Shown: positions 35,926 through 46,184 of the stretch, piece after piece
How positions within the stretch are numbered: position 1 is the first letter of the stretch
How the letters are laid out: each line of letters opens with the position of its first letter
The notes under the pieces: generated by a model
Seen by the model: only the letters and a program-made list of their open reading frames with translations
What the model was told of the DNA's origin: nothing
Databases searched by the model: none
Program-made: the position numbers and the translations under genes
Origin: a virus
Lineage: Duplodnaviria; Caudoviricetes
Virus record (IMG/VR): IMGVR_UViG_2597490201_000002
Coordinates: 12,580-76,579 of that record
Reading direction: 5' to 3' (one strand)
DNA length: 64,000 nucleotides

Positions 35926-36366
35926 ATGAACGTTGTGAGCATCGACGGCACCGGCGAAATCGCACCGGAACCAGATTGGGAATCGCTCTTCTCGGATGTG
36001 CTGGAAGTGGCCGGGGCTCGCGAGCACTGGCGCATCATCACCACTGAGCTTCGCGAGCGCCAGTTGATGGCCGCCGGCAACGCCCATGCGCTTCAGCGCC
36101 TGGTCATCGCATACGTGCTCTACGACCGCGCGGTTCGCGAGGTTGCCGAGCATGGTGCTGTCACGAAGCCAAGGCGCGGGAACAGCAAAGCGATCGCGCG
36201 GACGTCGCCGCATTTCACTGTGATGCGCGAGGCCGCGTCCGACGCCGCGGTGCTCGAACAGGAATTCGGTCTTTCGCCACGTAGGCGCGCGGCAGCGACC
36301 AAGGTGCAGCATGGCAAGAAAGCGCCAAGGGCAGCCGACAAGTACCGGACGCCGAAGCAAGCCTGA
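35926..36366 (+). CDS. terS: Terminase small subunit (P27-like)
   Basis: EQEFGLSPRRR motif; position. Confidence 0.88.
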   Translation: MNVVSIDGTGEIAPEPDWESLFSDVLEVAGAREHWRIITTELRERQLMAAGNAHALQRLVIAYVLYDRAVREVAEHGAVTKPRRGNSKAIARTSPHFTVMREAASDAAVLEQEFGLSPRRRAAATKVQHGKKAPRAADKYRTPKQA

Positions 36367-38164
36367 TCCTACCACTGCCTATGCTGAGGCAGTCGCGAAA
36401 GGTCGGCGGCCTGATGGCAGCTTGCCGGGCGAGTTTGAGATCGCTGCATGCAAGCGGCATCTCGACGACCTGAAACATGGGCCTGATCGCGGGCTTCGAT
36501 GGGAGCCAGATCGAGCGCAGCACGCGATCGATTTCTTCCCGGCGATGTTGACGATCAGCGAGGGCGCCAAGGTCGGTCAGCCCTTTGAGCTTTTGCCTTG
36601 GCATGTGTTTGTCGCCGGTTCTCTTTTCGGCTGGCGCAAGTCTTCTGGGAGAATGCGTTTCCGATCGGCCTGGCTAGAAACCGGGAAGGGACAGGCAAAG
36701 TCGCCATTTATGGCGGCCATGGGCCTGTATATGACCGGGTTCTATGGCATCCCTCGTGCCAAGGCGTTCGCAATTGGCCAGGACAAGAACACGGCAAACG
36801 TCCTGTTCAAGGACGCCGTCGCTATGTGCCGTGGCCCGATTCCTCCGGCACCTGGTGATGAAGTCGACGAAAGCGACACGTTGGCCAACAATGGCGACGT
36901 GGTCATTCGCGGCGAAGGCGACAACGCGTGGAAGATCGAATTTCCGGAGACGGGTGCACTGTTTCAGGCCCTGGCAAACGGCGAGGCGGTCTCTGGTCCT
37001 AAACCAGTATTGGTCGCTGCCGACGAAATCCACGAGTTCAAATCGAATTCGTCGATTGAGCTTTGGAAGGCCGCAATCGCCAAGATGCCAGGCGATGCAC
37101 TGATGCTGCTGGGCACGAATACGCCTGCGGTCGACCAGATCGTCGGCTCGAACTATTCGGCTTTCTACCAGAAGGTGGTCACCGGCAAATTCTACGACGA
37201 TGAGGCCTTTGCGTTCATCGCGCGGGTCGATGCCAAGGACCACGAAAACATCTTTGAGACGCCGGAGGTCTGGACGAAGTCGCTGCCAGCACTGGGCATC
37301 ACGTTCCCTCGAGAGAACGTCGACGGCATGGTCAATACGGCCAAGCAAATGCTCTCGACCGCGCTGTCGACCAAGAGGCTGTATTTCGGCATCCCGGTTG
37401 GCGCCAGTGAATTCTGGATCGCCGAAGATGCCTGGATGGCGGTGCTCGGAGAGGTCGATCCCGACAGGCTGAAGGGCTGCAAGTGCTGGCTATCGCTGGA
37501 CTTGTCGAAGAAGAACGATTTGACCGCGCTGACAGGCGCGTGGCTCGATCCCAAGGGCCATCTCTGGGAGAAGACTTGGTACTGGACGGTGCGAGATCGC
37601 TTGAAAGAGCGCTCGCTCGCTGATCAGGCGCCGTATGTAGAATGGGTGGAAGCCAAGCTCATCACAGCCGTGGACGGCGCAGTGATCGACAAGACCTTCA
37701 TCGCACAACAAGTTGCGGCGATTTGCGCCGAGCACGAAGTCGATTTTCTGGCATTCGACCCGGCACACATCGCGGACTTCATCGCAGCCTGCGAGCAGAT
37801 CGGTTTCCCGGTCTGGAGGTTCGAAGGGCCTGACAAGCCAGAAGGCGAGGGGCTGAAACTAGTCAGCCATGCTCAAGGCAAGTTGGTTCGGTTCGAGGAA
37901 AAACAACTGACGATGCCTCGGAGCATCGAGCGGTTCGAAGACCGCATCCTGAACAAGACGATCACGATTGAGGACTCCCCGGTAACGACGTCCTGCGCGG
38001 CAAACGCGCATGTTGTCAGCGACGGTCAGGCGAACAGAGCCTTCGATAAGGACCGGAGCAGGGGGCGCATTGACGGCCTTGTGACCAGCGCTATGGCCGC
38101 AGGCGCCGCCGACAATGAGCTCGGCGAGACGCCGGTCACAGATATTGCCGCCATGCTCGGCTGA
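36311..38164 (+). CDS. terL: Terminase large subunit
   Basis: GKGQAKS Walker A variant, ADEIHE, LDLSKKNDLTA, RIDG. Confidence 0.94.
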   Translation: MARKRQGQPTSTGRRSKPDPTTAYAEAVAKGRRPDGSLPGEFEIAACKRHLDDLKHGPDRGLRWEPDRAQHAIDFFPAMLTISEGAKVGQPFELLPWHVFVAGSLFGWRKSSGRMRFRSAWLETGKGQAKSPFMAAMGLYMTGFYGIPRAKAFAIGQDKNTANVLFKDAVAMCRGPIPPAPGDEVDESDTLANNGDVVIRGEGDNAWKIEFPETGALFQALANGEAVSGPKPVLVAADEIHEFKSNSSIELWKAAIAKMPGDALMLLGTNTPAVDQIVGSNYSAFYQKVVTGKFYDDEAFAFIARVDAKDHENIFETPEVWTKSLPALGITFPRENVDGMVNTAKQMLSTALSTKRLYFGIPVGASEFWIAEDAWMAVLGEVDPDRLKGCKCWLSLDLSKKNDLTALTGAWLDPKGHLWEKTWYWTVRDRLKERSLADQAPYVEWVEAKLITAVDGAVIDKTFIAQQVAAICAEHEVDFLAFDPAHIADFIAACEQIGFPVWRFEGPDKPEGEGLKLVSHAQGKLVRFEEKQLTMPRSIERFEDRILNKTITIEDSPVTTSCAANAHVVSDGQANRAFDKDRSRGRIDGLVTSAMAAGAADNELGETPVTDIAAMLG

Positions 38165-38179
38165 ACAGGAGCAATCCAC

Positions 38180-40087
38180 ATGACCAAGGTCATTCATAAG
38201 GTTCTCGCCAGTAAGGGCGAGGGCCTCGAATTCGTTCTGTCTGATGCCACGGTCGACCGCTACGGCGATATCGTCGAGCCCGATGGTTGGGATCTCCAGA
38301 ACTTCAAGGGTAACCCGATTGCACTCTTCGGCCACGCTTCCAGCTTCCCTATCGGGACGTGGGAGAATGTTCGCGTCGAGGGTAAGAAGCTCGTCGGACG
38401 GCTGAAGCTCGCTGCGCGCGGCACCAGTGCCCGCATCGATGAGTTGATCGGCTTGGTCGAGCAGGGCGTTCTGCGCGCCGTCTCGGTCGGCTTCGCTCCG
38501 ATCGAATGGGAAGCCATCGACCCGAAAGATCCTTGGGGCGGCTCGCGGTTCATCCGCCAGCAGTTGCTCGAATGTTCACTCGTATCCGTCCCGGCAAATC
38601 CTTCGGCCTTGGCTTTGGCCAAGTCGATGGGGCTGTCGAGCGAAACCATGTCCCTGGCCTTTGGCGAGCAAGCCGAAACGAGGCGGCGGGATGTGTCTGC
38701 AACCGGCAAGCACGCCGAAACCTCCTCCCGGAACCGGTCGCAGACCGTCGTTCCTCCTCCCTCAACCGAAAGGTCAACGACCATGAAAACTCTCGCTCAG
38801 CGCATCGATGAAAAGACCGATGCTCTCGCCGCCAAACGTAAGGAACTCGACACGCTGCTCGGCGCCGACGATCTCGATCATGACGCGATCGATGCTGCCA
38901 ATGACAGCATTGAAACGCTGGAAAAGGATCTTACCGTCCTGAAGCGCTCCGAAGGCACTGCTGCCAAGGCAGTCGTCAAAACCAACGTCAACCGTCAGCC
39001 CCTGGGCTTCAAGGCCGAGAAGCTGAACGGTCTGGACCTGATGGTCCGGCGTGCAGTCGTGCATGGCGTTGCTCTCCACACTGGAGCGCAGGTCGAGAAG
39101 GTGCTCGAAGAGCGTTATCCCGGCCACGACGAAGCCACCCATGCCATCGTCACCCGCGCCGCAGCTCCGATCGCCACGACCACCACTTCCGGCTTTGTTT
39201 CGCAGTTGGTCGAAAGCACCTGGGCCGATTTCCTCGAAGCCCTTCGCGGCCCGTCGGTTTACCCAGCGCTTCGCGATCGCGGTTATGGTGTCTCGTTCGA
39301 CGCCGCCGGCACTGCCTACCTGCCGCAGCGCACCGGTTCCGGCGCCAACGGCTCCTTCTTCGCTGAAGGTTCTCCGATCCGCGTCGGCCGTATCACTGTC
39401 GCTGCCCCGACGTTCACCGCTCGCAAGATGGGCGTGATCATCCCGTTCACCCGGGAAGCTGCCAAGCGATCGACGCCGCAGCTTGAGGGCGTTCTACGCC
39501 GCGCAATCGTGGAAGACACGGCCGTCACCCTGGACTCGATCCTGCTCGACGCAACTGCCGGCGACACCGTGCGTCCCGCAGGTCTTCTCTATGGCGTGTC
39601 GGCGACTGCTTCCGGTTACGGCGGCGGCGATCACACCGCCGTAAAGGAAGACTTCAAGGCGCTGCTCACGCCGTTCATCAACGCCAATGCTGCCAGCGGC
39701 ATTACCGTGATGATGAACCCGAAGCAGGGTCTGAACATCTCCATGATGGACGGCCCGGAAAACAACCCGGAATGGTTCTCGAACCTGGCCAGCCGCGTAA
39801 CGATCCTGGAATCGACCAACGTGCCCGACGGTCGCCTGATCGCCATCCGCAACACCGACTTCGCCACTGCGCTTGGCGATATGCCGGAGTTCGAGATCAG
39901 CAACCAGGCCACAATCCATATGGAAGACACGTCGCCTGCTGAAATCGTGGCCACTGGCCCGACCGCTGCCGCTCCGGTGCGTTCGCTCTGGCAGACCGAT
40001 TCCTCGGCTCTGCGCATGATCATGGACGTGTCTTGGAAGATGGCTCGCGACGGCATGGTGAGCTGGATCGACGGCACCAGCTACTGA
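38180..40087 (+). CDS. Prohead protease-major capsid protein fusion (HK97 fold)
   Basis: DRYGD, PIALFGH, AVSVGF, ECSLVSVPANP then coiled coil and capsid domain. Confidence 0.92.
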   Translation: MTKVIHKVLASKGEGLEFVLSDATVDRYGDIVEPDGWDLQNFKGNPIALFGHASSFPIGTWENVRVEGKKLVGRLKLAARGTSARIDELIGLVEQGVLRAVSVGFAPIEWEAIDPKDPWGGSRFIRQQLLECSLVSVPANPSALALAKSMGLSSETMSLAFGEQAETRRRDVSATGKHAETSSRNRSQTVVPPPSTERSTTMKTLAQRIDEKTDALAAKRKELDTLLGADDLDHDAIDAANDSIETLEKDLTVLKRSEGTAAKAVVKTNVNRQPLGFKAEKLNGLDLMVRRAVVHGVALHTGAQVEKVLEERYPGHDEATHAIVTRAAAPIATTTTSGFVSQLVESTWADFLEALRGPSVYPALRDRGYGVSFDAAGTAYLPQRTGSGANGSFFAEGSPIRVGRITVAAPTFTARKMGVIIPFTREAAKRSTPQLEGVLRRAIVEDTAVTLDSILLDATAGDTVRPAGLLYGVSATASGYGGGDHTAVKEDFKALLTPFINANAASGITVMMNPKQGLNISMMDGPENNPEWFSNLASRVTILESTNVPDGRLIAIRNTDFATALGDMPEFEISNQATIHMEDTSPAEIVATGPTAAAPVRSLWQTDSSALRMIMDVSWKMARDGMVSWIDGTSY

Positions 40088-40108
40088 GCCCGCCGGGCTG
40101 ACAAATCG

Positions 40109-40140
40109 AGGCGCTGGACCGTTCGGGCCCGGCGCCTTTT
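40109..40140 (+). terminator. Intrinsic terminator after capsid gene
   Basis: aggcgctgg/ccggcgcct stem + T run. Confidence 0.65.
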
Positions 40141-40174
40141 CCACATGTGCAGATAAGTCTGCGGGAGAAACACC

Positions 40175-40546
40175 ATGGCACTTCGCCGCTTCGTTGTTCC
40201 CGTGACCGTCGATGGCGATGGTGACGCGGAAGTCTTCAGCCCGGTTCTATCCGGCAAGCTCATTTCCTTCCGGTATGTGAAGGACGACTTCACTGACGGC
40301 GTCGACTTCACGGTTACCGCCGAAGCCAGCGGCGAGACACTTTGGGCCGAGGAAAACGTCAACGCCTCCGCCACGCGCTACCCGCGCGGAGCACTCCATT
40401 CAACTGCCGGAGCCGCCTCCCTTTATGCGGCACTTGGCGAAGCCGTGAACGGAAAGATCACGCTGTCTCAGGACCGCGTGAAATTCGTTGTCGCTGCCGG
40501 CGGAGACGAGACCTCCGGCACCTTCCACATCACCATCGACGGCTAG
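40175..40546 (+). CDS. Putative head decoration protein, paralog A
   Basis: Beta-rich; aligns over its length with 40574-40957. Confidence 0.65.
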   Translation: MALRRFVVPVTVDGDGDAEVFSPVLSGKLISFRYVKDDFTDGVDFTVTAEASGETLWAEENVNASATRYPRGALHSTAGAASLYAALGEAVNGKITLSQDRVKFVVAAGGDETSGTFHITIDG

Positions 40547-40573
40547 GGTCTTCGGACCAGAAAGGACTATCCC

Positions 40574-40957
40574 ATGGCCATTCGTAAGTTTGAGGTGACT
40601 GCTGTCACCGGCACCGCGACCGCAACGGCATACAGCCCCTATCTCTCGGGCTATATCGAGAGCATCGAATACGTGAAGGACGGCTCCATCCCCTATGCCG
40701 ATGGCGTCGACTTTACCATCACGTCCGAAGCAACCGGGGAATCCATTCTGGCGCTGACGGATCAGAATGCTTCCGTCGTGAAGCGTCCGCGCGCCGCCAC
40801 CCACTCTGTTGCCGGCGTGGCCGCCGTCTATGCTTCGGGCGGCACTGCCGTGAACGATCGCATCGCGCTCAGCCGCGATCGCGTGAAGGTCGCCATTGCC
40901 CAGGGTGGCAACGGCAAGTCCGGCAAGTTCATCATCACTGTCGACGACGGCCGCTGA
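40574..40957 (+). CDS. Putative head decoration protein, paralog B
   Basis: Shared SP.LSG, YVKD, DGVDFT, LS.DRVK motifs. Confidence 0.65.
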   Translation: MAIRKFEVTAVTGTATATAYSPYLSGYIESIEYVKDGSIPYADGVDFTITSEATGESILALTDQNASVVKRPRAATHSVAGVAAVYASGGTAVNDRIALSRDRVKVAIAQGGNGKSGKFIITVDDGR

Positions 40958-41014
40958 TCATAGCGGGGCGGCTTCTGGCCGCCTCACCCTTCCCCTCAAT
41001 TCGGAGGCGAGCAC

Positions 41015-41374
41015 ATGCGCGCAACCTGGTTTGTCCTCGAAGACGGCAATGCCGCCGATCCCGCAGAATGTGCCGATCAGGATGGCGTTCTGACCCATTC
41101 GTCCGGTGTGAAGGTCGCGATGCGCTCTCCGGGCGTGCCGCGGTCTCGCGGCGTTGACCTCGATGAGAGCGGCAAGCAGCTCTTTGGCGGCAAAGGCGAC
41201 CATGACGGCAATGGCGCTGCTGGTGGCGCAAAGCCGACCGACGAGCCGAAGCCTTCAACGCCTGCCGCGACGGAAACGTCTGCAGTGGTCACGGAAGATA
41301 TGCAGCCTGCCCAGCGGCCAGCTCCTGCTCGAAATCCTGGTTACCAGACCCGTCAGGGCAAGGGTCGCCGGTAA
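41015..41374 (+). CDS. Hypothetical head-region protein
   Basis: GGAGG RBS; DHDGNG motif. Confidence 0.65.
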   Translation: MRATWFVLEDGNAADPAECADQDGVLTHSSGVKVAMRSPGVPRSRGVDLDESGKQLFGGKGDHDGNGAAGGAKPTDEPKPSTPAATETSAVVTEDMQPAQRPAPARNPGYQTRQGKGRR

Positions 41375-42861
41375 TGGCCAACTGGATCAGCCGGATTTTC
41401 GGCGGCAAGCAGAAAGCAGCCGAGGGCGAATACCGTCCTGGCCCGTATCAGGCCGATAACGGCTGGCTTTCCGCGTCCGCTGGCCGGCTGATGAACTGGT
41501 GGCAGGCTGGGCATTCTCCCGGCCCATACGGCGAATCCGGCGCCATGGTTGAGGCTTGTGTCTCGGCTTATTCGCAGACGGTCGCCATGTGCCCCGGTGG
41601 CCATTGGAAGATGTTGCCGGATGGCGGCCGAGAGCTCGTTACCACGTCCGCACTTGCACGCATCCTGAAGCGCCCGAACGATTACGAATCGATGTCGGAC
41701 TTCCTGATGAACCTGACAGATCGTCTCTACCGGGATGGCGAGGCTTTTGCCTATGCGCCCCGGAACGATCGTCAGGAAGTCGCTGAAATTCATCGGATGC
41801 GTTTCGGCCGGCCATATGTCGGCGACGATGGATCTATCTATTATGGCTTGTCCGGCAATGAGGTTGTCGACGCGCGGTTTGATCTTTCCTATCCGGTCCC
41901 GGCCCGCGACGTTCTGCATGTCAGGCTTCGGACGCCTAAGCACCCACTGAAGGGCGTAAGTCCCATTCTGGCTGTTGCCGTCGATCAGGCATTGGCCGGC
42001 GCGGCAATGAGCCAACAGGTTGCGTTTTATCTCAACCAGGCGCGTCCCTCGATCATGCTCGAGACCGACGCGAAGCTCACGAAAGAGCAGACCATTGAGC
42101 TGCGCGAGCTATGGGACTTGCAGACCAAGGGCGAGAAGGCTGGCGGCACGCCGATCTTGACCAACGGCCTCAAGGCCAAGGCGATCGGGCAGAGCGCCAA
42201 CGATTCCAAGCTGGCCGATATGCTCAAGCTCAGCGATCAGAACATCGCCCTGGCTTTTCGGATGCCGCTTCAGATCCTCGGCATCGGCGGGACACCATTT
42301 GCATCGACCGAGTCTTTGATGTCGGCATGGAAGTCGACCGGCCTTGGTTTCGCGCTCAACCATATCGAGGAAGCCTTCGGCCTGCTTTTCAAGCTCAAGG
42401 GCATGCCCGACGAGTATCTGGAATTTGATACCGATGCGCTGCTGCGCTCCTCATTCAAGGAAATGATCGACGCGCTCACGACTGGCGCCGGCAAGGTTAT
42501 GACCCGCAACGAGGCGCGCGCGAAGATTGGACTGGGCAAGAAGGAAGGTGGCGACGACCTCTATGTCCAGATGCAGGATATCCCGCTGGCCATGGCTGCG
42601 GAGCTGCAGCAGCAGACACTGAATGCTGAGCCTGCACCGACTGTTGAAGAGCAAGCCAGGTTGTTTGGCGAAGCAACGCGCACGGCCGTCGAGCCGATCG
42701 TGGAGCGTGTTGAGGCTGTCGAGGTTGCACAGCGCGAGGCCATCGCAGCCATTCCCGACCGCGTTCTTGAGGCTTTGCCGGCGCCCCTTGAGCGCGATGA
42801 TACCGAAGACGCCATTGCGGCGATCAAACGAGGCTGGGAGACCGCCATTGAAGCCGCTTGA
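41374..42861 (+). CDS. Portal protein (HK97 family)
   Basis: VEACV, RPN, DVLH, GVSPI, IALAFRMP, TRNEAR. Confidence 0.93.
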   Translation: MANWISRIFGGKQKAAEGEYRPGPYQADNGWLSASAGRLMNWWQAGHSPGPYGESGAMVEACVSAYSQTVAMCPGGHWKMLPDGGRELVTTSALARILKRPNDYESMSDFLMNLTDRLYRDGEAFAYAPRNDRQEVAEIHRMRFGRPYVGDDGSIYYGLSGNEVVDARFDLSYPVPARDVLHVRLRTPKHPLKGVSPILAVAVDQALAGAAMSQQVAFYLNQARPSIMLETDAKLTKEQTIELRELWDLQTKGEKAGGTPILTNGLKAKAIGQSANDSKLADMLKLSDQNIALAFRMPLQILGIGGTPFASTESLMSAWKSTGLGFALNHIEEAFGLLFKLKGMPDEYLEFDTDALLRSSFKEMIDALTTGAGKVMTRNEARAKIGLGKKEGGDDLYVQMQDIPLAMAAELQQQTLNAEPAPTVEEQARLFGEATRTAVEPIVERVEAVEVAQREAIAAIPDRVLEALPAPLERDDTEDAIAAIKRGWETAIEAA

Positions 42862-44152
42862 TCACGAAAAGCTCGCCGCGGCATTAGTCGACGGTGCGCG
42901 TCAGTACATCGACAAGGCAATGGCGCCGCTCATGGAGCGCTTGGCAGATGCCGAGCAGCGAGCAGAAGCGGCTGAGGCGACGATCGCCAACATGGTCGCC
43001 AAGGCTGTGGCCGATATCCCTCTGCCGCAGAACGGCGCCGATGGTGCTCCGGGTCGTGATGGCGTCGACGGCATCGCTGGCGAACGGGGCGCCGACGGTA
43101 TGCCTGGTGCCCAGGGCCGCGGCATTGCCAAGCTGATCATCAAGTCGGATGGGCACCTCGTCGCAACATTCACGGACGGCACGACAGATGATGTCGGCGT
43201 GGTTGTCGGTCGTGATGGCGCCGACGGCAAGGATGGTGCGCCTGGCGAAAAGGGGGCGGACGGCAAAGATGGCCGAGATGGCGCTGATGGTGCGCAAGGT
43301 GAACGGGGCGCCGATGGCGCGCCCGGCCGAGATGGTGAGGTCGGCCAGTCGGGGCGTGATGGCGTCGATGGTAAGAGCGTCGACGCGGACGAACTGGCTG
43401 AAATGGTGAAGTCTGAGGTCGAAAAGGCGTCGATCGCCGATCTTGTGCAGCGGGCAATCGACGCGATTCCTCGTCCTCGCGATGGCAAGGATGGCGAGCG
43501 TGGCGAAAAGGGTGAACCTGGCGCTGATGGGGCCAACGGTCGTGATGGCGCCGATGGCGCGCCAGGTGAACGAGGCGCCGACGGACTTCCGGGCCGGGAT
43601 GGCATTGATGGAGCTCCTGGCCGCGATGGCGCGAATGGCAAGGATGGGCGTGACGGTAAGCTGCCCATCGTCAAGGCTTGGATCGATACGGTTCACCGCG
43701 AAGGCGATGTCGTCACGCATGAGGGCGTGACCTATCAGGCCAATCGAGACACCGGCAAAGCGCCGCCCCATGCGGACTGGATTTGCCTTGCGGCACGAGG
43801 CGAAGACGGCAAGCCCGCCGAGCAGATTGAGGTCCGCGGCACCTTCAGTCCTGACGCGGAATATGGCCGCCTCAACATTGTCGCGCTCAACGGCAGCGCA
43901 TTCATCTCCCGCAAGGCAGATCCGGGCCCGTGCCCTGGCGACGGCTGGCAGGTCATTGCGATGCGCGGCAAGGAAGGCAAGCCGGGGCAGAGCATCAAGG
44001 GCGATCCCGGCCCGTCCGTGAAGGGCGATCCCGGCCCGGCGATCCGCTCGATGTCCGTGGATGACCAGGGTTTGCTGGCACTAGTAAATGCTGACGGCTC
44101 CAAGATTGAATGCGACCTCTACCCGGTTCTGGTGAAGGTGCAGGGCTCATGA
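42848..44152 (+). CDS. Collagen-like (Gly-X-Y) head-associated protein
   Basis: GGGAG RBS + TTG; several GRDGADG/GERGADG triplet blocks. Confidence 0.85.
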   Translation: MKPLDHEKLAAALVDGARQYIDKAMAPLMERLADAEQRAEAAEATIANMVAKAVADIPLPQNGADGAPGRDGVDGIAGERGADGMPGAQGRGIAKLIIKSDGHLVATFTDGTTDDVGVVVGRDGADGKDGAPGEKGADGKDGRDGADGAQGERGADGAPGRDGEVGQSGRDGVDGKSVDADELAEMVKSEVEKASIADLVQRAIDAIPRPRDGKDGERGEKGEPGADGANGRDGADGAPGERGADGLPGRDGIDGAPGRDGANGKDGRDGKLPIVKAWIDTVHREGDVVTHEGVTYQANRDTGKAPPHADWICLAARGEDGKPAEQIEVRGTFSPDAEYGRLNIVALNGSAFISRKADPGPCPGDGWQVIAMRGKEGKPGQSIKGDPGPSVKGDPGPAIRSMSVDDQGLLALVNADGSKIECDLYPVLVKVQGS

Positions 44153-44748
44153 AAATGAATAGGCCTGTCCTCATCCAAGCGCCGGAAAGCTTTCCCGTTA
44201 CCCTCGAAGAGGCCAAGGCGCACCTCAGGGTTGACTGGGATGACGAGGACGGGATTATCAGTGCCTTCATCGCGGCTGCTGTGTCCTATCTGGACGGCTG
44301 GAGTGGCATCCTCGGTCGGTGCTTGGTCGAGCAGACCTGGCGCATGGATTTCAGCAAGTTCTGCCGCGAGTTGCCGCTGCCCTTGGCGCCGGTGACCTCG
44401 ATCGCGAGCATCACTTGGCGGAATGCCGACGGGCAGACCGCGACCATTGATGATGACGAATATCTGCTCGAGGTGGACAGCGCCGGCAACTCGTTTGCGC
44501 GCTTCCGCAATGCCTATGTATTTCCCTCCAGTCTTTATGAGCGGGACGCAATCTCCGTCACTTTTGTCGCGGGCTATCCCGCCGACGAGGACGATAACAG
44601 CACAGTCCCTGGCGCTCTTAAGGTCGCCATCCTCCTGCTCGTGGCCGAATGGTTCAACAACCGTGAGGCGTCGGTACCTGGTTCGGTCGCCGAACTGCCG
44701 TTTGCCGTGAATGCGCTCATCTCGCCCTTCCGGCGGATGGTCCTTTAG
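44149..44748 (+). CDS. Head-tail connector (gp6-like)
   Basis: PVTLEEAKAHLRVD, AILLLVAEWFNNRE. Confidence 0.9.
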   Translation: MKMNRPVLIQAPESFPVTLEEAKAHLRVDWDDEDGIISAFIAAAVSYLDGWSGILGRCLVEQTWRMDFSKFCRELPLPLAPVTSIASITWRNADGQTATIDDDEYLLEVDSAGNSFARFRNAYVFPSSLYERDAISVTFVAGYPADEDDNSTVPGALKVAILLLVAEWFNNREASVPGSVAELPFAVNALISPFRRMVL

Positions 44749-44777
44749 CCAAACCTCGAAAACCAAGGGAGGCCAGC

Positions 44778-45188
44778 ATGGCCGACATTTCCATTTCCGC
44801 TGCCAATGTGAAACTGGTCTCTGGACCGACTAAGAGCCTTATTGCCGCTGCCGTTCTGACGGCTGGGCAGGCTTGCTATCAGGCTTCTGTCACGAAGAAG
44901 GCAGGGCTCGCCGATAACGACAGCGCTACGGCTGAGATCCGCTCCATCGGCGGCCTGGCGCTCAACGGTGCCGCTGCCGATCAGCCGGTGGTGCTGGCGC
45001 TCAACGGCGCTGTCGTCAACGTCGGCGCCGTGCTGACCGCCGGCACAGATTATTACCTTTCCGGGACGCCCGGCGCGATCTGCCCGCGCGCCGATGTCAC
45101 GACCGGCGATGATCCAATCCGTATCGGTATCGCGCTCACCACGTCGAACCTGCAGCTGGATTTCGCTGACCCCAACGTCACGCTGTAG
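44778..45188 (+). CDS. Putative virion structural protein
   Basis: GGAGG RBS; Ala/Gly/Thr-rich beta protein. Confidence 0.65.
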   Translation: MADISISAANVKLVSGPTKSLIAAAVLTAGQACYQASVTKKAGLADNDSATAEIRSIGGLALNGAAADQPVVLALNGAVVNVGAVLTAGTDYYLSGTPGAICPRADVTTGDDPIRIGIALTTSNLQLDFADPNVTL

Positions 45189-45190
45189 CG

Positions 45191-45361
45191 ATGCCTTGGG
45201 TCCGCTTCACTGCTGACTTCGACTTTAAGCCGACGCGCCAAACCACGATCGCATACCGCGATGGCGACGAGAAGCTCGTGACGACTGTCTGCGCAAATGC
45301 CGCCGTGGGCGCATCCAAGGCAGTCAGAATCACCAAGCGAAAGGCCAAGACATATGGCTGA
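45191..45361 (+). CDS. 56-aa protein
   Basis: MPWVRFTADFDFKP..; fills gap, overlaps next start. Confidence 0.6.
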   Translation: MPWVRFTADFDFKPTRQTTIAYRDGDEKLVTTVCANAAVGASKAVRITKRKAKTYG

Positions 45362-45725
45362 GAGTTTCCGTCGAGCTGGCGGCTTGCGCGAGCGCCTGCA
45401 TTTCCAGCAGCGCGGTGATGGTGACGACGGCATGGGCGGCCCCGGTATGCCGGGTGCCGGCGAGTTCGAAACCGTCTTCACGGCTGCGGCCGGGATGAAG
45501 CCGCGCACCGGTGGGGAAGGCGTCGATGCGGCCCGCCTCGGTGGCACTCAGCCGTTCGTCGTCACGGTGCGCAACACAACCAACACGCGAGAGATCACCG
45601 TGGCGTGGCAACTCGTCGACGCTCGCAATGAAGCCCGCATCTTTGCCGTGGTTTCGCCGCCGGCTGACCCCGACGGCAAAAATCAGTGGCTGGAATTCCT
45701 GGCCACCGAAGGAGCGCCATCCTGA
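45354..45725 (+). CDS. Head closure/head-tail adaptor
   Basis: AGGLRERLHFQ..DGMGG motif. Confidence 0.85.
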   Translation: MAESFRRAGGLRERLHFQQRGDGDDGMGGPGMPGAGEFETVFTAAAGMKPRTGGEGVDAARLGGTQPFVVTVRNTTNTREITVAWQLVDARNEARIFAVVSPPADPDGKNQWLEFLATEGAPS

Positions 45726-45726
45726 G

Positions 45727-46182
45727 ATGGCCAAGGTGCAAGGCCTCGATAGCCTCCGGAAGAAGCTTCAACGTTTCCCCTCGGTGGTCGAGCAGGAAAT
45801 TCGTGCGGCCATGGAGGTCGGCGCGAACGAGATCGTAACGCTCGCAAAATCGCTGACCCAAAGTGATCGGGTAAGGGAATCCATAGGCTGGGCTTGGGGC
45901 GATGCGCCAGGCGGCACGATGGCGATCGGTGCCGTGACTGGCCCTGAGGGAAACCTGAGGATCACGATTTACGCCGGCGGCGATGACGCGTTTATGGCGC
46001 GCTGGGAAGAGTTTGGTACCGCTCCGCATATCAATGGCGGTCGCTTCGCGGGAACGCAGCACCCAGGCACGGCCGCAAGGCCCTTCTTTTTTGTCTCTTA
46101 TCGCGCCAATCGGCGGCGAGCTCGCGGCAGGATTACGCGGTCCGTCAATAAGGCCGCTAAGCGGATCGCAACCGGGGGCTGA
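45727..46182 (+). CDS. HK97 gp10-like tail component
   Basis: EEFGT, HPGTAARPFF. Confidence 0.87.
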   Translation: MAKVQGLDSLRKKLQRFPSVVEQEIRAAMEVGANEIVTLAKSLTQSDRVRESIGWAWGDAPGGTMAIGAVTGPEGNLRITIYAGGDDAFMARWEEFGTAPHINGGRFAGTQHPGTAARPFFFVSYRANRRRARGRITRSVNKAAKRIATGG

Positions 46183-46184
46183 GT

